DNA of 64,000 nt, from the NCBI GenBank assembly GCA_963704725.1, contig OY969934.1, positions 1,408,001 through 1,472,000 of the forward strand. The letters run 5' to 3'. The DNA is from an uncultured Actinomycetes bacterium. GTDB taxonomy: Bacteria > Actinomycetota > UBA4738 > HRBIN12. Within the stretch, counting starts at the first letter, position 1. Each line of letters begins with the position of its first letter. The notes under the pieces were generated by a model. The model was not told the origin of the DNA. It was given only the letters and a program-made list of their open reading frames with translations, and did no database searches. The translations under genes and the position numbers were made by a program. Below are positions 1-9,671 of the stretch, piece after piece.

Positions 1-2
1 CC

Positions 3-1118
3 ACCGCCCCGACCGCGACCGGGCTGCTCGACATCCTGCCCGAGGGATACGGGTTCCTGCGGACCTCCGGGTTCCTGCCGGGCCCGCAGGACATCTACGT
101 CTCGCTGTCGCAGGTCCGTCGGTTCATGCTGCGCAAGGGCGACACGGTCACCGGCAAGGTGCGCCAGCCGAAGGACAGCGAGAAGTACTTCGCGCTGCTG
201 CAGATCGACACCGTGAACGGCGTCGACCCCGAGACTGCGAAGGCCCGGCCCGTCTTCGAGAAGCTGACGCCGCTGTTCCCGCACGATCGGTTCCGGCTGG
301 AGACCGGACCGACCGACGTGACCGGCCGCATCATCGACATGGTCTCCCCGATCGGCAAGGGGCAGCGGGGGATGGTCGTCTCCCCGCCGAAGGCCGGCAA
401 GACGACCGTGCTGAAGAACATCGCAAACGGGATGATCGCCTCGAGCCCGGACACGCACGTGATCATCCTGCTCGTCGACGAACGGCCCGAGGAGGTCACG
501 GACTGGCAGCGCACGGTGTCGGCGGCGGAGGTCGTCTACTCGACCTTCGACAAGCCGCCGGACCAGCACATCCAGGTGACCGAGCTCGTGCTCGAGCGGG
601 CCAAGCGTCTGGCCGAGATGGGCAAGGACGTCACGATCATCCTCGACTCGATCACCCGGCTCGCGCGCGCGTACAACCTCGCCGCGCCGGCCTCGGGCAA
701 GATCCTGTCGGGGGGCATCGACTCGACGGCCCTGTACCCGCCGCGGCGGTTCTTCGGCGCCGCCCGCAACATCGAGGAGGGCGGCTCGCTCACGATCATC
801 GCGAGCGCGCTCGTCGAGACCGGCTCCCGGATGGACGAGGGTATCTTCGAGGAGTTCAAGGGCACGGGGAACATGGAGATCCGCCTCGACCGCCAGATGG
901 CCGAGAAGCGCATCTTCCCCGCGATCAACGTCGAGGCCTCCAGCACGCGCAAGGAGGAGCTGCTCCTGCCGACCGAGGAGCTCGCGCTGGTCTGGCGGCT
1001 CCGACGGGTGCTGCACGCGCTCGAGCCGGGCGCCGCGCTCGAGCTCCTCACCGACAAGATCCGTCAGACGAAGTCCAACGAGCAGTTCCTGAGGGAGATC
1101 GCCAAGGCCCCGTCGTAA
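3..1118 (+). CDS. rho: Transcription termination factor Rho (5' partial)
   Basis: The frame is open from the window start. It contains the RNA-binding motif GLLDILPEGYGFLR, the P-loop SPPKAGKTT, LLVDERPEEVTD and FEEFKGTGNME. Confidence 0.98.
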   Translation, partial: TAPTATGLLDILPEGYGFLRTSGFLPGPQDIYVSLSQVRRFMLRKGDTVTGKVRQPKDSEKYFALLQIDTVNGVDPETAKARPVFEKLTPLFPHDRFRLETGPTDVTGRIIDMVSPIGKGQRGMVVSPPKAGKTTVLKNIANGMIASSPDTHVIILLVDERPEEVTDWQRTVSAAEVVYSTFDKPPDQHIQVTELVLERAKRLAEMGKDVTIILDSITRLARAYNLAAPASGKILSGGIDSTALYPPRRFFGAARNIEEGGSLTIIASALVETGSRMDEGIFEEFKGTGNMEIRLDRQMAEKRIFPAINVEASSTRKEELLLPTEELALVWRLRRVLHALEPGAALELLTDKIRQTKSNEQFLREIAKAPS

Positions 1119-1167
1119 GCTGAAGGGCCGTTCGCCTCAAGCAGCGCGAGGCGCGATAGGCGGGACC

Positions 1168-1199
1168 CAGGAACGGCTTCGCTCTCGAAGCCGTTCCTG
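1168..1199 (+). promoter_or_regulatory. Perfect 14-bp hairpin in the rpmE 5' leader (candidate r-protein leader or rho terminator)
   Basis: CAGGAACGGCTTCG-ctct-CGAAGCCGTTCCTG lies just upstream of the rpmE RBS and has no U-tract. Confidence 0.45.
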
Positions 1200-1218
1200 A
1201 GAACAAGGAAGGAGCGAC

Positions 1219-1506
1219 ATGAGACAGGGGATCCATCCCGAGTACCAGATCGCGACCGTGCACTGCTCCTGTGGCAACACGTTCCAGACCAGGAGCACGA
1301 AGTCGGAGCTTCGTGTGGAGATCTGCTCCAATTGCCACCCGTTCTACACGGGCAAGCAGAAGCTCGTCGACGCCGGCGGCCGCGTGGAGCGGTTCCAGCG
1401 CCGGTACGCCAAGCAGCAGGAGCAGCAGAAGGCCGCCGTGAGCGCCCGGAGAGCGTCCGCGCCGGCGCCGTCCGCCGAGCCCGAGCCGGCTCCCGAGCAG
1501 GGCTGA
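1219..1506 (+). CDS. rpmE: 50S ribosomal protein L31, zinc-binding type, with Ala/Pro-rich C-terminal tail
   Basis: [28 protein letters not shown]; RBS AAGGAG. Confidence 0.97.
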   Translation: MRQGIHPEYQIATVHCSCGNTFQTRSTKSELRVEICSNCHPFYTGKQKLVDAGGRVERFQRRYAKQQEQQKAAVSARRASAPAPSAEPEPAPEQG

Positions 1507-1541
1507 CCGCGATGTCCGAGCGGGCCTGACCGTCGGCCGGC

Positions 1542-2441
1542 ATGGCCGACGAGCCGACGACGCCGAACCACTTCTACGGCGGCCAGGCCGTGGTCGAGGG
1601 CGTCATGATGCGCGGCCGCGACGTGTGGGCCGTCGCGGTGCGAAAGCCGACGGGCGCGATCCACGTCGAGTCGCACGACATCGACTCTGTGATGCAGCGA
1701 CACCCGATGCTGGGCAAGCCGTTCCTGCGCGGGGTCATCGCGCTCGGTCAGGCACTCGGGATCGGGTTCCGGGCGCTGTCGATCTCCGCCCGCGAGGCCG
1801 CGCCCGAGGAGGAGCGGCTCAGCTCTCGGCAGATGGGCCTGTCGATGGCGATCGCCGGCATCTTGTTCATCGGAGTGTTCATCGTCCTGCCCGCCGCGAC
1901 CTTCCGGTGGGTGGGCCGGCACATCGACTCGAGCCTGCTGGTGAACGTGCTGGAGGGCCTGTTCCGCGTGGCGCTGTTCCTGGCCTACCTCATCGTGATC
2001 GGGCGGGCCAAGGACATCCGCCGCGTGTTCGCCTACCACGGCGCCGAGCACAAGACGATCGCGGCGTTCGAGCACGACGAGCCGCTCGTCCCCGATCGCG
2101 TCGACCGCTACTCGACCCTCCACGTGCGCTGCGGGACGAACTTCCTCCTGCTGGTCATGGTGATCACGATCTTCGTCTTCGCCCTGTTCGGGAACCCCGG
2201 GATCTGGTGGCGGATCGGCTCGCGGATCGCAGCCATCCCGATCATCGCCGGGCTGGCTTTCGAGCTGCTCCGGCTGGGGGCCAGGTTCCCGACGTCGATG
2301 GCCATGCGCGTCGTGATGACGCCCGGGCTGTGGCTGCAGAAGATCACGACGCAGCCGCCGGACCGCGACCAGATCGAGGTCGCGATCGCCTCGTTCAACG
2401 AGGTGCTCCGCCGCGAGGCCGAGCCGACCGGCGCGGCCTGA
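1542..2441 (+). CDS. DUF1385 family membrane protein
   Basis: YGGQAVVEGVMMRG, YHGAEHK, HVRCGTNF, PGLWLQKITT; usual position downstream of rpmE. Confidence 0.9.
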   Translation: MADEPTTPNHFYGGQAVVEGVMMRGRDVWAVAVRKPTGAIHVESHDIDSVMQRHPMLGKPFLRGVIALGQALGIGFRALSISAREAAPEEERLSSRQMGLSMAIAGILFIGVFIVLPAATFRWVGRHIDSSLLVNVLEGLFRVALFLAYLIVIGRAKDIRRVFAYHGAEHKTIAAFEHDEPLVPDRVDRYSTLHVRCGTNFLLLVMVITIFVFALFGNPGIWWRIGSRIAAIPIIAGLAFELLRLGARFPTSMAMRVVMTPGLWLQKITTQPPDRDQIEVAIASFNEVLRREAEPTGAA

Positions 2442-2534
2442 TCGCATCCGACGATCCCAGCGCAGGTGCTTGCATCGGCTCCTGCCCCGTGTAGCGTCCT
2501 GGGGGTCCCCCCAGCGTTCCGAGGAGGCTTCCCC

Positions 2535-3332
2535 ATGGCCGCCACCAGGCTCGACCATCCCGTCTTCATCTCGGCCGACCAGATCCGCCGGCGCGAGTTC
2601 GTCACGACCCGGCGCGGCTACGACCCCGATCAGGTCCGCATCTACCTGGAGGAGCTCGCCGAGCAGGTCGACCTCATGGCCTCCATGATCCGCGAGGCCC
2701 GGCTGGAGGCGGACTCGGCGCTCCGTGCCGGCTTGCAGCCCGCCGACCCGTACGAGCGGCTGGCCGCGCGTGTGGCCTCGGTCCTGCGTGAGGCGGACGA
2801 GACCGCCGACCGGCTGCGGGTCGAGGGCCAGCGCGAGGCTGAGCGGATCACGATCGAGGCGCGAACGGATGCCGACCGGATCCGAACGGACGCGCAGGCC
2901 AAGGCGGAGCAGGCCCGGACCGAGGCCGAGCGAGCGTTGCGCGACGCCCGCGATCAGGCCGATCGCACGATCTCGGGGCTCGCCACGCGCCGGGAGGCGC
3001 TGGTCGAGCAGCTCGCGCAGATGCAGGAGCGGCTCCTCGGCGTGGCTCGCGAGCTCGAGGCCGCCATCGAGTCGCCGATGCAGGCGGACGACGCCGCCGG
3101 GGGGGACACCGAGGAGGTCTCGCCCGAACGGGTCGTCGACGTCCGCGGGCCCGAGGACCCGGGCGGGGACGTTCGCCGGATCGTGGCCGATGACATCCTC
3201 GAGGGGCTCGACGACCCCGCGTACGAGGAGCTCTGGGACGGGGCCGACGCGATGCAGCTCGAGGTCCCGAACATCCCGCCGCTCGACCTGTCCTGGGGCG
3301 ACGGCGACGACGAGCGCAACGGCTCGTCCTAG
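2535..3332 (+). CDS. DivIVA domain coiled-coil protein
   Basis: N-terminal ISADQIRRREFVTTRRGYDPDQV matches the DivIVA motif, followed by a long coiled coil and an acidic tail; GAGGAGG RBS before ATG 2535. Confidence 0.8.
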   Translation: MAATRLDHPVFISADQIRRREFVTTRRGYDPDQVRIYLEELAEQVDLMASMIREARLEADSALRAGLQPADPYERLAARVASVLREADETADRLRVEGQREAERITIEARTDADRIRTDAQAKAEQARTEAERALRDARDQADRTISGLATRREALVEQLAQMQERLLGVARELEAAIESPMQADDAAGGDTEEVSPERVVDVRGPEDPGGDVRRIVADDILEGLDDPAYEELWDGADAMQLEVPNIPPLDLSWGDGDDERNGSS

Positions 3333-3379
3333 CCCACGCCGCACGGGGCGCCACCTGCTCGTCCCGGGATAATCTCGGC

Positions 3380-4459
3380 ATGGACTTCGACGCGCGTCTC
3401 ACGGACGTCGAGGACCGCTACGAGCGGGTGCAGGCCGAGATGGCCGAACCCGGCGCCACGGCGGACCTCGACCGGTTGCGGCGGCTGGGCAAGGAATTCG
3501 CCGAGCTGCAGGAGATCGTCGCGCCCTACCGGGAGCTACGGCAAGCCCGGGCCCAGGCCGACGAGGCGCGATCGCTGGCCAAGGACGAGCGGGAGCCGGA
3601 GATGGCGGCGTTCCTGCGCGAGGAGGCCGACGCCGCCGACGCGCGGGCGGCGGAGATCCGGACCCGCCTCGAGGGACTGCTCGTACCGAAGGACCCCAAC
3701 GACGACAAGGACGTCGTCGTGGAGATCCGGGCCGGGGCGGGGGGCGAGGAAGCGTCGCTGTGGGCTGGGGAGCTCTTCGAGCTCTATCGCCACTACGCGG
3801 ACCGGCGTCGGTGGAAGACCGACGTGCTCTCGGCCTCGCCCTCGGACCTCGGGGGGTTCAAGGACGTCGTGCTGGAGGTGCGCGGCAAGGGTGCCTACTC
3901 GCGGCTGAAGCACGAGTCCGGCGTGCACCGCGTCCAGCGCGTGCCGGTGACCGAGTCCTCGGGCCGCATCCATACCTCGACCGCCACCGTGGCCGTGCTC
4001 CCCGAGGCCGAGGACGTCGAGGTCGAGATCCGGCCGGAGGACCTCCAGATCGACGTGTACCGCTCCTCCGGTCCGGGAGGACAGTCGGTGAACACGACGG
4101 ATTCCGCGGTCCGGATCACGCACAGGCCGACCGGGATCGTCGTGGCCTGCCAGGAGGAGCGGTCCCAGCTGCAGAACCGGGAGAAGGCGATGCGGTACCT
4201 ACGCGCGCGGCTGCTCCAACGCGCGCAGGAGGAGGCTGCGGCCAGGGAGGCGGCGACGCGCCGGTCGCAGGTTGGGACGGGCGAGCGGGCCGAGAAGATC
4301 CGCACGTACAACTTCCCCGAGAACCGCGTGACGGACCACCGTGTGAAGGTCACGCTCCACCAGCTGCAGAACGTCCTGGCCGGCGACATCGACGAGTTCG
4401 TGGACGCGCTGCTCGCCGCGGAGCGCGCGGCACAGCTCTCCGGCGACGGCGAGGGCTGA
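3380..4459 (+). CDS. prfA: Peptide chain release factor 1
   Basis: GGQ motif (SGPGGQSVNTTDSA), PVT anticodon-mimic motif, IRTYNFP. Confidence 0.98.
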   Translation: MDFDARLTDVEDRYERVQAEMAEPGATADLDRLRRLGKEFAELQEIVAPYRELRQARAQADEARSLAKDEREPEMAAFLREEADAADARAAEIRTRLEGLLVPKDPNDDKDVVVEIRAGAGGEEASLWAGELFELYRHYADRRRWKTDVLSASPSDLGGFKDVVLEVRGKGAYSRLKHESGVHRVQRVPVTESSGRIHTSTATVAVLPEAEDVEVEIRPEDLQIDVYRSSGPGGQSVNTTDSAVRITHRPTGIVVACQEERSQLQNREKAMRYLRARLLQRAQEEAAAREAATRRSQVGTGERAEKIRTYNFPENRVTDHRVKVTLHQLQNVLAGDIDEFVDALLAAERAAQLSGDGEG

Positions 4460-4464
4460 GGCAG

Positions 4465-5295
4465 GTGCGCCCCGCGGAGGTCCTGCGCCGCGCCGCCGAC
4501 TACCTCGACCGCCACGGCGTCGAGAGTCCGAGGGAGAACGCCGAGCTCCTCCTGATGCACGTGCTCGAGACCGACCGGGCCGGCCTCTACGCGCGGACCG
4601 AGGGGCTCGACACGCGCCAGGCCCGGATCTTCGGACGGGCGCTGTGCCAGCGCTGCTCGGGCACGCCGTTGCAGCACCTCACCGGCGAGCAGGCGTTCTG
4701 CCGGCTCCGGCTCGAGGTGCGACCCGGCGTGTTCGTGCCCCGGCCGGAGACCGAGGTGCTGGTCGAGCACGCCCTGCGGGCTCTCGGCGCGGCGGAGGAC
4801 CCCGTCGTCGTGGACGTGGGAACGGGGACCGGCGCGATCGCCCTGGCCGTCAAGCACGAGCGCCCCGACGCGTCCGTGTTCGCGACGGACGTCTCGCCCG
4901 AGGCGGTGGAGTTGGCCCGGACGAACGCCCAACGGCTCGCGTTGGACATCCGCGTCCTGCAGGGCGCCCTCCTCGAGCCGTTGCCGGCCGAGCTGCGGGG
5001 GTGGGTCGACCTGGTCGTCAGCAACCCTCCCTACGTGACGACGCAGGAGTACGCCGACCTTCCCGCCGAGGTGCGGGCGGACCCGGAAGGTGCCCTCGTC
5101 GGCGGCCCGGAGGTCCATCGCCGGATCGCGGACGAGGCGTCGAGGTGGCTCCGCGACGGCGGGGTCCTCGCGGTCGAGATCGGCGCGCAGCAGGCGGCGG
5201 TCGTCACCGAGGGCCTCGCGGGCGACTACGGCGACGTCCGCGTCGAGCGCGACCTGGCCGGCCGCGACCGGGTGGTCGTCGCCCGGCGGGTCTGA
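4465..5295 (+). CDS. prmC: Release factor glutamine methyltransferase (HemK)
   Basis: PRPETE, DVGTGTGAIA and SNPPY motifs; directly downstream of prfA; GTG start inferred. Confidence 0.95.
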   Translation: MRPAEVLRRAADYLDRHGVESPRENAELLLMHVLETDRAGLYARTEGLDTRQARIFGRALCQRCSGTPLQHLTGEQAFCRLRLEVRPGVFVPRPETEVLVEHALRALGAAEDPVVVDVGTGTGAIALAVKHERPDASVFATDVSPEAVELARTNAQRLALDIRVLQGALLEPLPAELRGWVDLVVSNPPYVTTQEYADLPAEVRADPEGALVGGPEVHRRIADEASRWLRDGGVLAVEIGAQQAAVVTEGLAGDYGDVRVERDLAGRDRVVVARRV

Positions 5296-5304
5296 GCGCG
5301 TCCG

Positions 5305-5904
5305 GTGCTTGATCCGATCGAGGACGCGGCCCGCGCGGCGCTCCGGGGCGAGCTGGTCGTGCTCCCCACCGACACCGTGTACGGCGTCGGCACCCGGCCC
5401 GACGATCCCGCCGCCACGGCCCGACTGTTCGAGGCGAAGGGCCGGCCGCGCGACCTCGAGCTGCCGGTGCTCGTGCCCTCCGTCGCGGCGGCTCGCGTGA
5501 TCGCCGAGGTGGGTGGGCGGGCCGAGGCCCTGGTCACCCGGTTCTGGGCCGGGCCGCTGACGATCGTGCTCCCCCGTGTGGGAGCGAGTCGGTTCTGGCA
5601 GCTCGGGGGTGATGGAGGCACGATCGGGGTGCGGATGCCGCATCATCCGCTCGCGCTCGCCGTCCTCGCCCGGACGGGACCGCTCGCGGTGACGAGCGCG
5701 AACCGCTCCGGACGGCCGACGCCGTCGTCCTGCGACGACGTCGCGCGGGTGTTCGGCGACGCCGTCGCCGTGTACCTGTGCGCCGCATCGCCGCTCGGCG
5801 GGTCGGCCTCGACCGTCGTCGACCTCGCGCACGGCGATGCGCGGATCCTGCGCGCCGGCGCGGTGGCGGGGCCGGACGTGCTGGCCGCGCTCGCCGAGGG
5901 CTGA
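5305..5904 (+). CDS. tsaC: L-threonylcarbamoyladenylate synthase (TsaC/Sua5/YrdC)
   Basis: PTDTVYG, KGRP, TSANRSG, STVVD. Confidence 0.93.
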   Translation: MLDPIEDAARAALRGELVVLPTDTVYGVGTRPDDPAATARLFEAKGRPRDLELPVLVPSVAAARVIAEVGGRAEALVTRFWAGPLTIVLPRVGASRFWQLGGDGGTIGVRMPHHPLALAVLARTGPLAVTSANRSGRPTPSSCDDVARVFGDAVAVYLCAASPLGGSASTVVDLAHGDARILRAGAVAGPDVLAALAEG

Positions 5905-5941
5905 GCTCGGGGACGCCGGGACGCGGGTAGACTCGCGGCCC

Positions 5942-6526
5942 ATGGCGTCGATCCTCGTCGTGTGCACCGGCAACGTCTGCCGGTCGCCGATCGCCGAGGG
6001 CGTGATCCGCTCCCTGCTCGTCGACCGGTTCGGCGTGGAGGCCCCGAGCGTCGCCTCGGCCGGCACGACCGGTTGGGAGGGCTCGCCCGCCGACCCGGGA
6101 TCGGTCGCCGCCGCCGCCGAGCTCGGAGTGGACATCTCCGGCCATCGCGGCCGGCTCCTGACCGAAGAGCAGCTCGACGCGAGCGAGCTGGTGGTCACGA
6201 TGGGTGCCGGGCACCGCGACCGGATCGTCTGGGACGTCCCGCGGCTCGATTCGCGAACGTTCACGCTCAAGGAGCTCGTCCGGCTCCTGGAGGCCCTCCC
6301 TGCCGCCCAGGGACGACCGGCGCTCGCCGATCGTGTCGCGGAGGCGGACGCGCTGCGCCGGGGCGGGTTCGGCGGCAACCGGCGAGACGAGGATGTGGCG
6401 GATCCGCTCGGCATGTCGCTCGAGACGTTCCGGGCGGTCGCGGCGGAGCTCGAGGCGTGGTCCGAGCGCCTCGTGGCGGGGCTGTTCGGCCCCGTTCCCG
6501 CGCGGGCCGAGGCCGAGGGCGGCTGA
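5942..6526 (+). CDS. Low-molecular-weight protein phosphatase (LMW-PTP/YwlE-like)
   Basis: P-loop VCTGNVCRSPIAE and catalytic DVADP. Confidence 0.9.
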   Translation: MASILVVCTGNVCRSPIAEGVIRSLLVDRFGVEAPSVASAGTTGWEGSPADPGSVAAAAELGVDISGHRGRLLTEEQLDASELVVTMGAGHRDRIVWDVPRLDSRTFTLKELVRLLEALPAAQGRPALADRVAEADALRRGGFGGNRRDEDVADPLGMSLETFRAVAAELEAWSERLVAGLFGPVPARAEAEGG

Positions 6527-6527
6527 C

Positions 6528-6974
6528 GTGCGCGTCGCGCTCGCGTGCGACCACGCGGGCTTCCCGCTGAAACGGGCGCTCGCCGCCTTCCTCGCGGAGG
6601 AGGGCCACGAGGTGCTCGACTTCGGCACCGACTCGGAGGAGCCGGTGGACTATCCGGACCTGTGCGCCGCCGCGGCTCGTGCCGTCGTGCAGGGGCGCGC
6701 CGATCGCGCCGTCGTGGTGGGGGGCTCGGGCCAGGGCGAGCAGCTCGCGGCGAACAAGGTCCACGGGATCCGGGCCGCCCTGTGCAACGACGTGTACCTC
6801 GCCGAGCTCTCGCGCCGCCACAACGACGCGAACGTGCTCGCGATGGGCGGCCGGATCGTCGCCGCCCCCCTGGCGAAGGAGATCGTTCGCGTGTGGCTCG
6901 CCGCACCGTTCGACGGCGGTCGCCACGCCCGGCGGCTCGAGCAGGTCGCACAGATCGAACGGGGCGAGCGATGA
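6528..6974 (+). CDS. rpiB: Ribose-5-phosphate isomerase B
   Basis: DHAGF, DYPD, GGSGQGE (actinobacterial Glu type), RRHNDANVL, GGRHARR. Confidence 0.95.
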   Translation: MRVALACDHAGFPLKRALAAFLAEEGHEVLDFGTDSEEPVDYPDLCAAAARAVVQGRADRAVVVGGSGQGEQLAANKVHGIRAALCNDVYLAELSRRHNDANVLAMGGRIVAAPLAKEIVRVWLAAPFDGGRHARRLEQVAQIERGER

Positions 6975-7088
6975 CGTCGCGCGATCTCGGTCCCGCGAGG
7001 CGGTGACGGGCCGCTCCGGCAAGGACCCGGTTGCGTCCTCGGAGGGGTCTCGCCGGCGGCACCTCAGGCGGTAGCATCGCCCGAGAGC

Positions 7089-8345
7089 GTGGTCCGTTCC
7101 TACCTGCTGGTCTTCGTCGTGAGCGCGGGTGTGACCTTCGCGGCCACGCCGCTCGTCCGGCGCGTCTCCCTCCTCCTCGGGTGGATCGACCACCCTTCCG
7201 ATCGCAAGATCCATCCCCGGCCCACCCCGACGGCCGGGGGCCTGGCCATCTATCTCGGCATCGCCGCCGGGCTCGTGGTCACGCGCTTCGTCCCGTTCCT
7301 GGACGACCTGTACCAGACGAGCTCGGACCTGGACGCGGCGGCCATCGCGGGCACCTTGATCGTCACGCTCGGCGTGATCGACGACACCAAGGGCGTGACC
7401 GCTCTTGGCAAGCTGACGGGACAGGTCCTCGTCGCGGGCGTGGTGGTCCTGCTCGGCGTGCAGCTCCTGTACTTCTACTTCCCCGGCCAGGGCGTCCTGT
7501 CGAACCCTCCCGACCTCGCCGTGCCGCTCACGATCGTGTGGGTGCTGGCGATGGTGAACGCCGTCAACCTGATCGACGGCCTCGACGGGCTCGCCGCCGG
7601 CATCGTCGCCATCGCCGGGGCGGCGTTCTTCGCGTACATGGTCCGCTCGCCCGGCGGCGACGTGGAGGCGTCGACGGCCGCGCTGCTGTCGGCGATCGCG
7701 GCGGGCTCGGCGATCGGGTTCCTCCCGTGGAACTTCTACCCGGCGAAGATCTTCATGGGGGACTCCGGCGCGCTCCTGCTCGGGCTGATGCTCGCGATCG
7801 CCACGATCTCCGGCGTCGGCCGCAACCTCGAGGGCCCCACGGGCGGCGACCTCGCCGTCATCGCCATCCCGGTGGCGCTCCCCCTGTTCGTGCTCGCCGT
7901 GCCGTTCCTCGACGTCGTGCTCGCCATCAGCCGGCGCATGCGCCGGGGGATCGGGATCTCCCACGCCGACAAGGAGCACATCCACCACCGGCTGCTCGAC
8001 ATCGGGCACTCGCACCGGCAGGCGGTGCTCCTGATGTACCTGTGGTCGGCGCTCATGTCCGGCTGCGCCCTGACCGTGGCGTTCGTGGACGGCCGGCTGC
8101 TCGTCGCGGCCATCCTGGTCGTTGCGCTCCTCGTGGCGACGGTGCTGCCGAGGCTGGTGCGCGATCGCCGGCCGCGAGGCAGCGACGCGCCGGCCGACCA
8201 GGGCAACGGCACGGGGTCCCGGCACCGCCGCCGCCGGGGGCGCCCGGTCGTGGTATCGGGCGGAGGACCGACCCATCCGGATCGCCCGGCGGCCGAGGGC
8301 GAGCCGGGCGACGCGCCGCCGGCCCCGGCCCGCGACGCCTCCTGA
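7089..8345 (+). CDS. wecA: Polyprenyl-phosphate GlcNAc-1-phosphate transferase (WecA/TagO, MraY family)
   Basis: IDD, NAVNLIDGLDGLAAG, FMGDSG and HIHHRLL motifs; multiple TM helices. Confidence 0.88.
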   Translation: MVRSYLLVFVVSAGVTFAATPLVRRVSLLLGWIDHPSDRKIHPRPTPTAGGLAIYLGIAAGLVVTRFVPFLDDLYQTSSDLDAAAIAGTLIVTLGVIDDTKGVTALGKLTGQVLVAGVVVLLGVQLLYFYFPGQGVLSNPPDLAVPLTIVWVLAMVNAVNLIDGLDGLAAGIVAIAGAAFFAYMVRSPGGDVEASTAALLSAIAAGSAIGFLPWNFYPAKIFMGDSGALLLGLMLAIATISGVGRNLEGPTGGDLAVIAIPVALPLFVLAVPFLDVVLAISRRMRRGIGISHADKEHIHHRLLDIGHSHRQAVLLMYLWSALMSGCALTVAFVDGRLLVAAILVVALLVATVLPRLVRDRRPRGSDAPADQGNGTGSRHRRRRGRPVVVSGGGPTHPDRPAAEGEPGDAPPAPARDAS

Positions 8346-8546
8346 TCCCGTCCGAGTCGGCTCGGCGAGGCCCGGGGCGTTGGCCGGCTCGTACAAGGTG
8401 TGGTCGGGAACTCGTCGCGACGGGCCGTGACCGCGCCCGGCCGTCGCTGGGTGATAATCCCCGGAGGGGTGGGTCATAATCGGGCTCTCTCGGCCGCCGG
8501 CGCTCGATGAGCGCCGCGGTGACGCGTCGAGTACGAAGGGGGCGGT

Positions 8547-9671
8547 GTGGCGGAGGTCGACGTTCGGCTCGACCGCGTGACCAAGGACTTCGGCGACGCG
8601 ACGGCCGTGGACGATCTCTCGCTCGACATCGCCGAGGGCGAGTTCTTCAGCATGCTGGGGCCGTCCGGCTGCGGCAAGACGACGACCCTGCGGATGATCG
8701 GGGGTTTCGAGGAGCCGTCGCGCGGCACGATCTACCTGGGCGGCCGGGACGTGACGGACCTGCCGCCCTACCGGCGTGACGTCAACACCGTGTTCCAGTC
8801 CTACGCGCTCTTCCCACACCTGGATGTGTTCGAGAACGTCGCGTTCGGCCTGAGGAGGAAGAAGGCGTCGGGGTCGGACATCAAGTCACGGGTCGACGAG
8901 GCGCTGCGGCTCGTGGACCTGCGAGGGTTCGAACGACGCAGGCCCTCGCAGATGTCGGGCGGCCAGCAGCAGCGGGTGGCGCTGGCCCGGGCTCTCGTCA
9001 ACCATCCCAAGGTGCTCCTGCTCGACGAGCCGCTCGGCGCGCTCGACCTGAAGCTTCGCAAGCAGATGCAGCTCGAGCTGAAACGCATCCAGCAGGAGGT
9101 CGGGATCACGTTCATCTACGTGACCCACGACCAGGAGGAGGCGATGACGATGTCGGATCGTCTCGCCGTGATGCGGCTCGGCAAGATCGAGCAGATCGGG
9201 GAGCCCGAGGAGGTCTACGAGAGCCCGCTGACGCAGTTCGTCGCCGGCTTCCTCGGGGCGTCGAACCTGCTCGAGGGCGATCTCAAGGAGCACGTCGACG
9301 GGATCTCCACGGTCCTGCTGTCCGGAGGCGACCTCGTTCGGCTGCCCTCGGATCGGGCGCCCTTCGAGCCCGGCACGGGGGTGCTGGTCGGGGTTCGCCC
9401 CGAGAAGATCACGATCGGCCCGGAGGACCCCTCGCCCCCTCCGAGCGGCTGGAACGCCGTCTCCGGGCTGCTCCGGATGTCGACCTACATCGGGGTCAGC
9501 CACCAGTACAAGGTCGAGGGTCCGGGGGGCCACGAGCTCACCGTCTGGGTCCAGAACCTCGGCGTCGAGTCCGCGCCGCGTCCCGGGGAGCGGGTGCGGC
9601 TGTCCTGGCAGTTGCAGTACACGTTCGCGGTTCAGCCGCAGGCCGGGCTGACGGATGAGGAGGAGCAATGA
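8547..9671 (+). CDS. potA: Polyamine-type ABC transporter ATP-binding subunit
   Basis: GPSGCGKT, MSGGQQQRVALARAL, LLLDEPLGALD; C-terminal TOBE-like region. Confidence 0.9.
   Translation: MAEVDVRLDRVTKDFGDATAVDDLSLDIAEGEFFSMLGPSGCGKTTTLRMIGGFEEPSRGTIYLGGRDVTDLPPYRRDVNTVFQSYALFPHLDVFENVAFGLRRKKASGSDIKSRVDEALRLVDLRGFERRRPSQMSGGQQQRVALARALVNHPKVLLLDEPLGALDLKLRKQMQLELKRIQQEVGITFIYVTHDQEEAMTMSDRLAVMRLGKIEQIGEPEEVYESPLTQFVAGFLGASNLLEGDLKEHVDGISTVLLSGGDLVRLPSDRAPFEPGTGVLVGVRPEKITIGPEDPSPPPSGWNAVSGLLRMSTYIGVSHQYKVEGPGGHELTVWVQNLGVESAPRPGERVRLSWQLQYTFAVQPQAGLTDEEEQ

Noticed and set aside
831-850. Rho MDEGIF in place of the usual MDEVIF
   Set aside because: A single substitution using an atypical codon. 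It may be a sequencing error and cannot be interpreted.
6971-7006. ATGA-coupled mini-ORF after rpiB (MTSRDLGPARR) as a remnant of a lost glyA
   Set aside because: Too short, with no recognisable similarity to GlyA.
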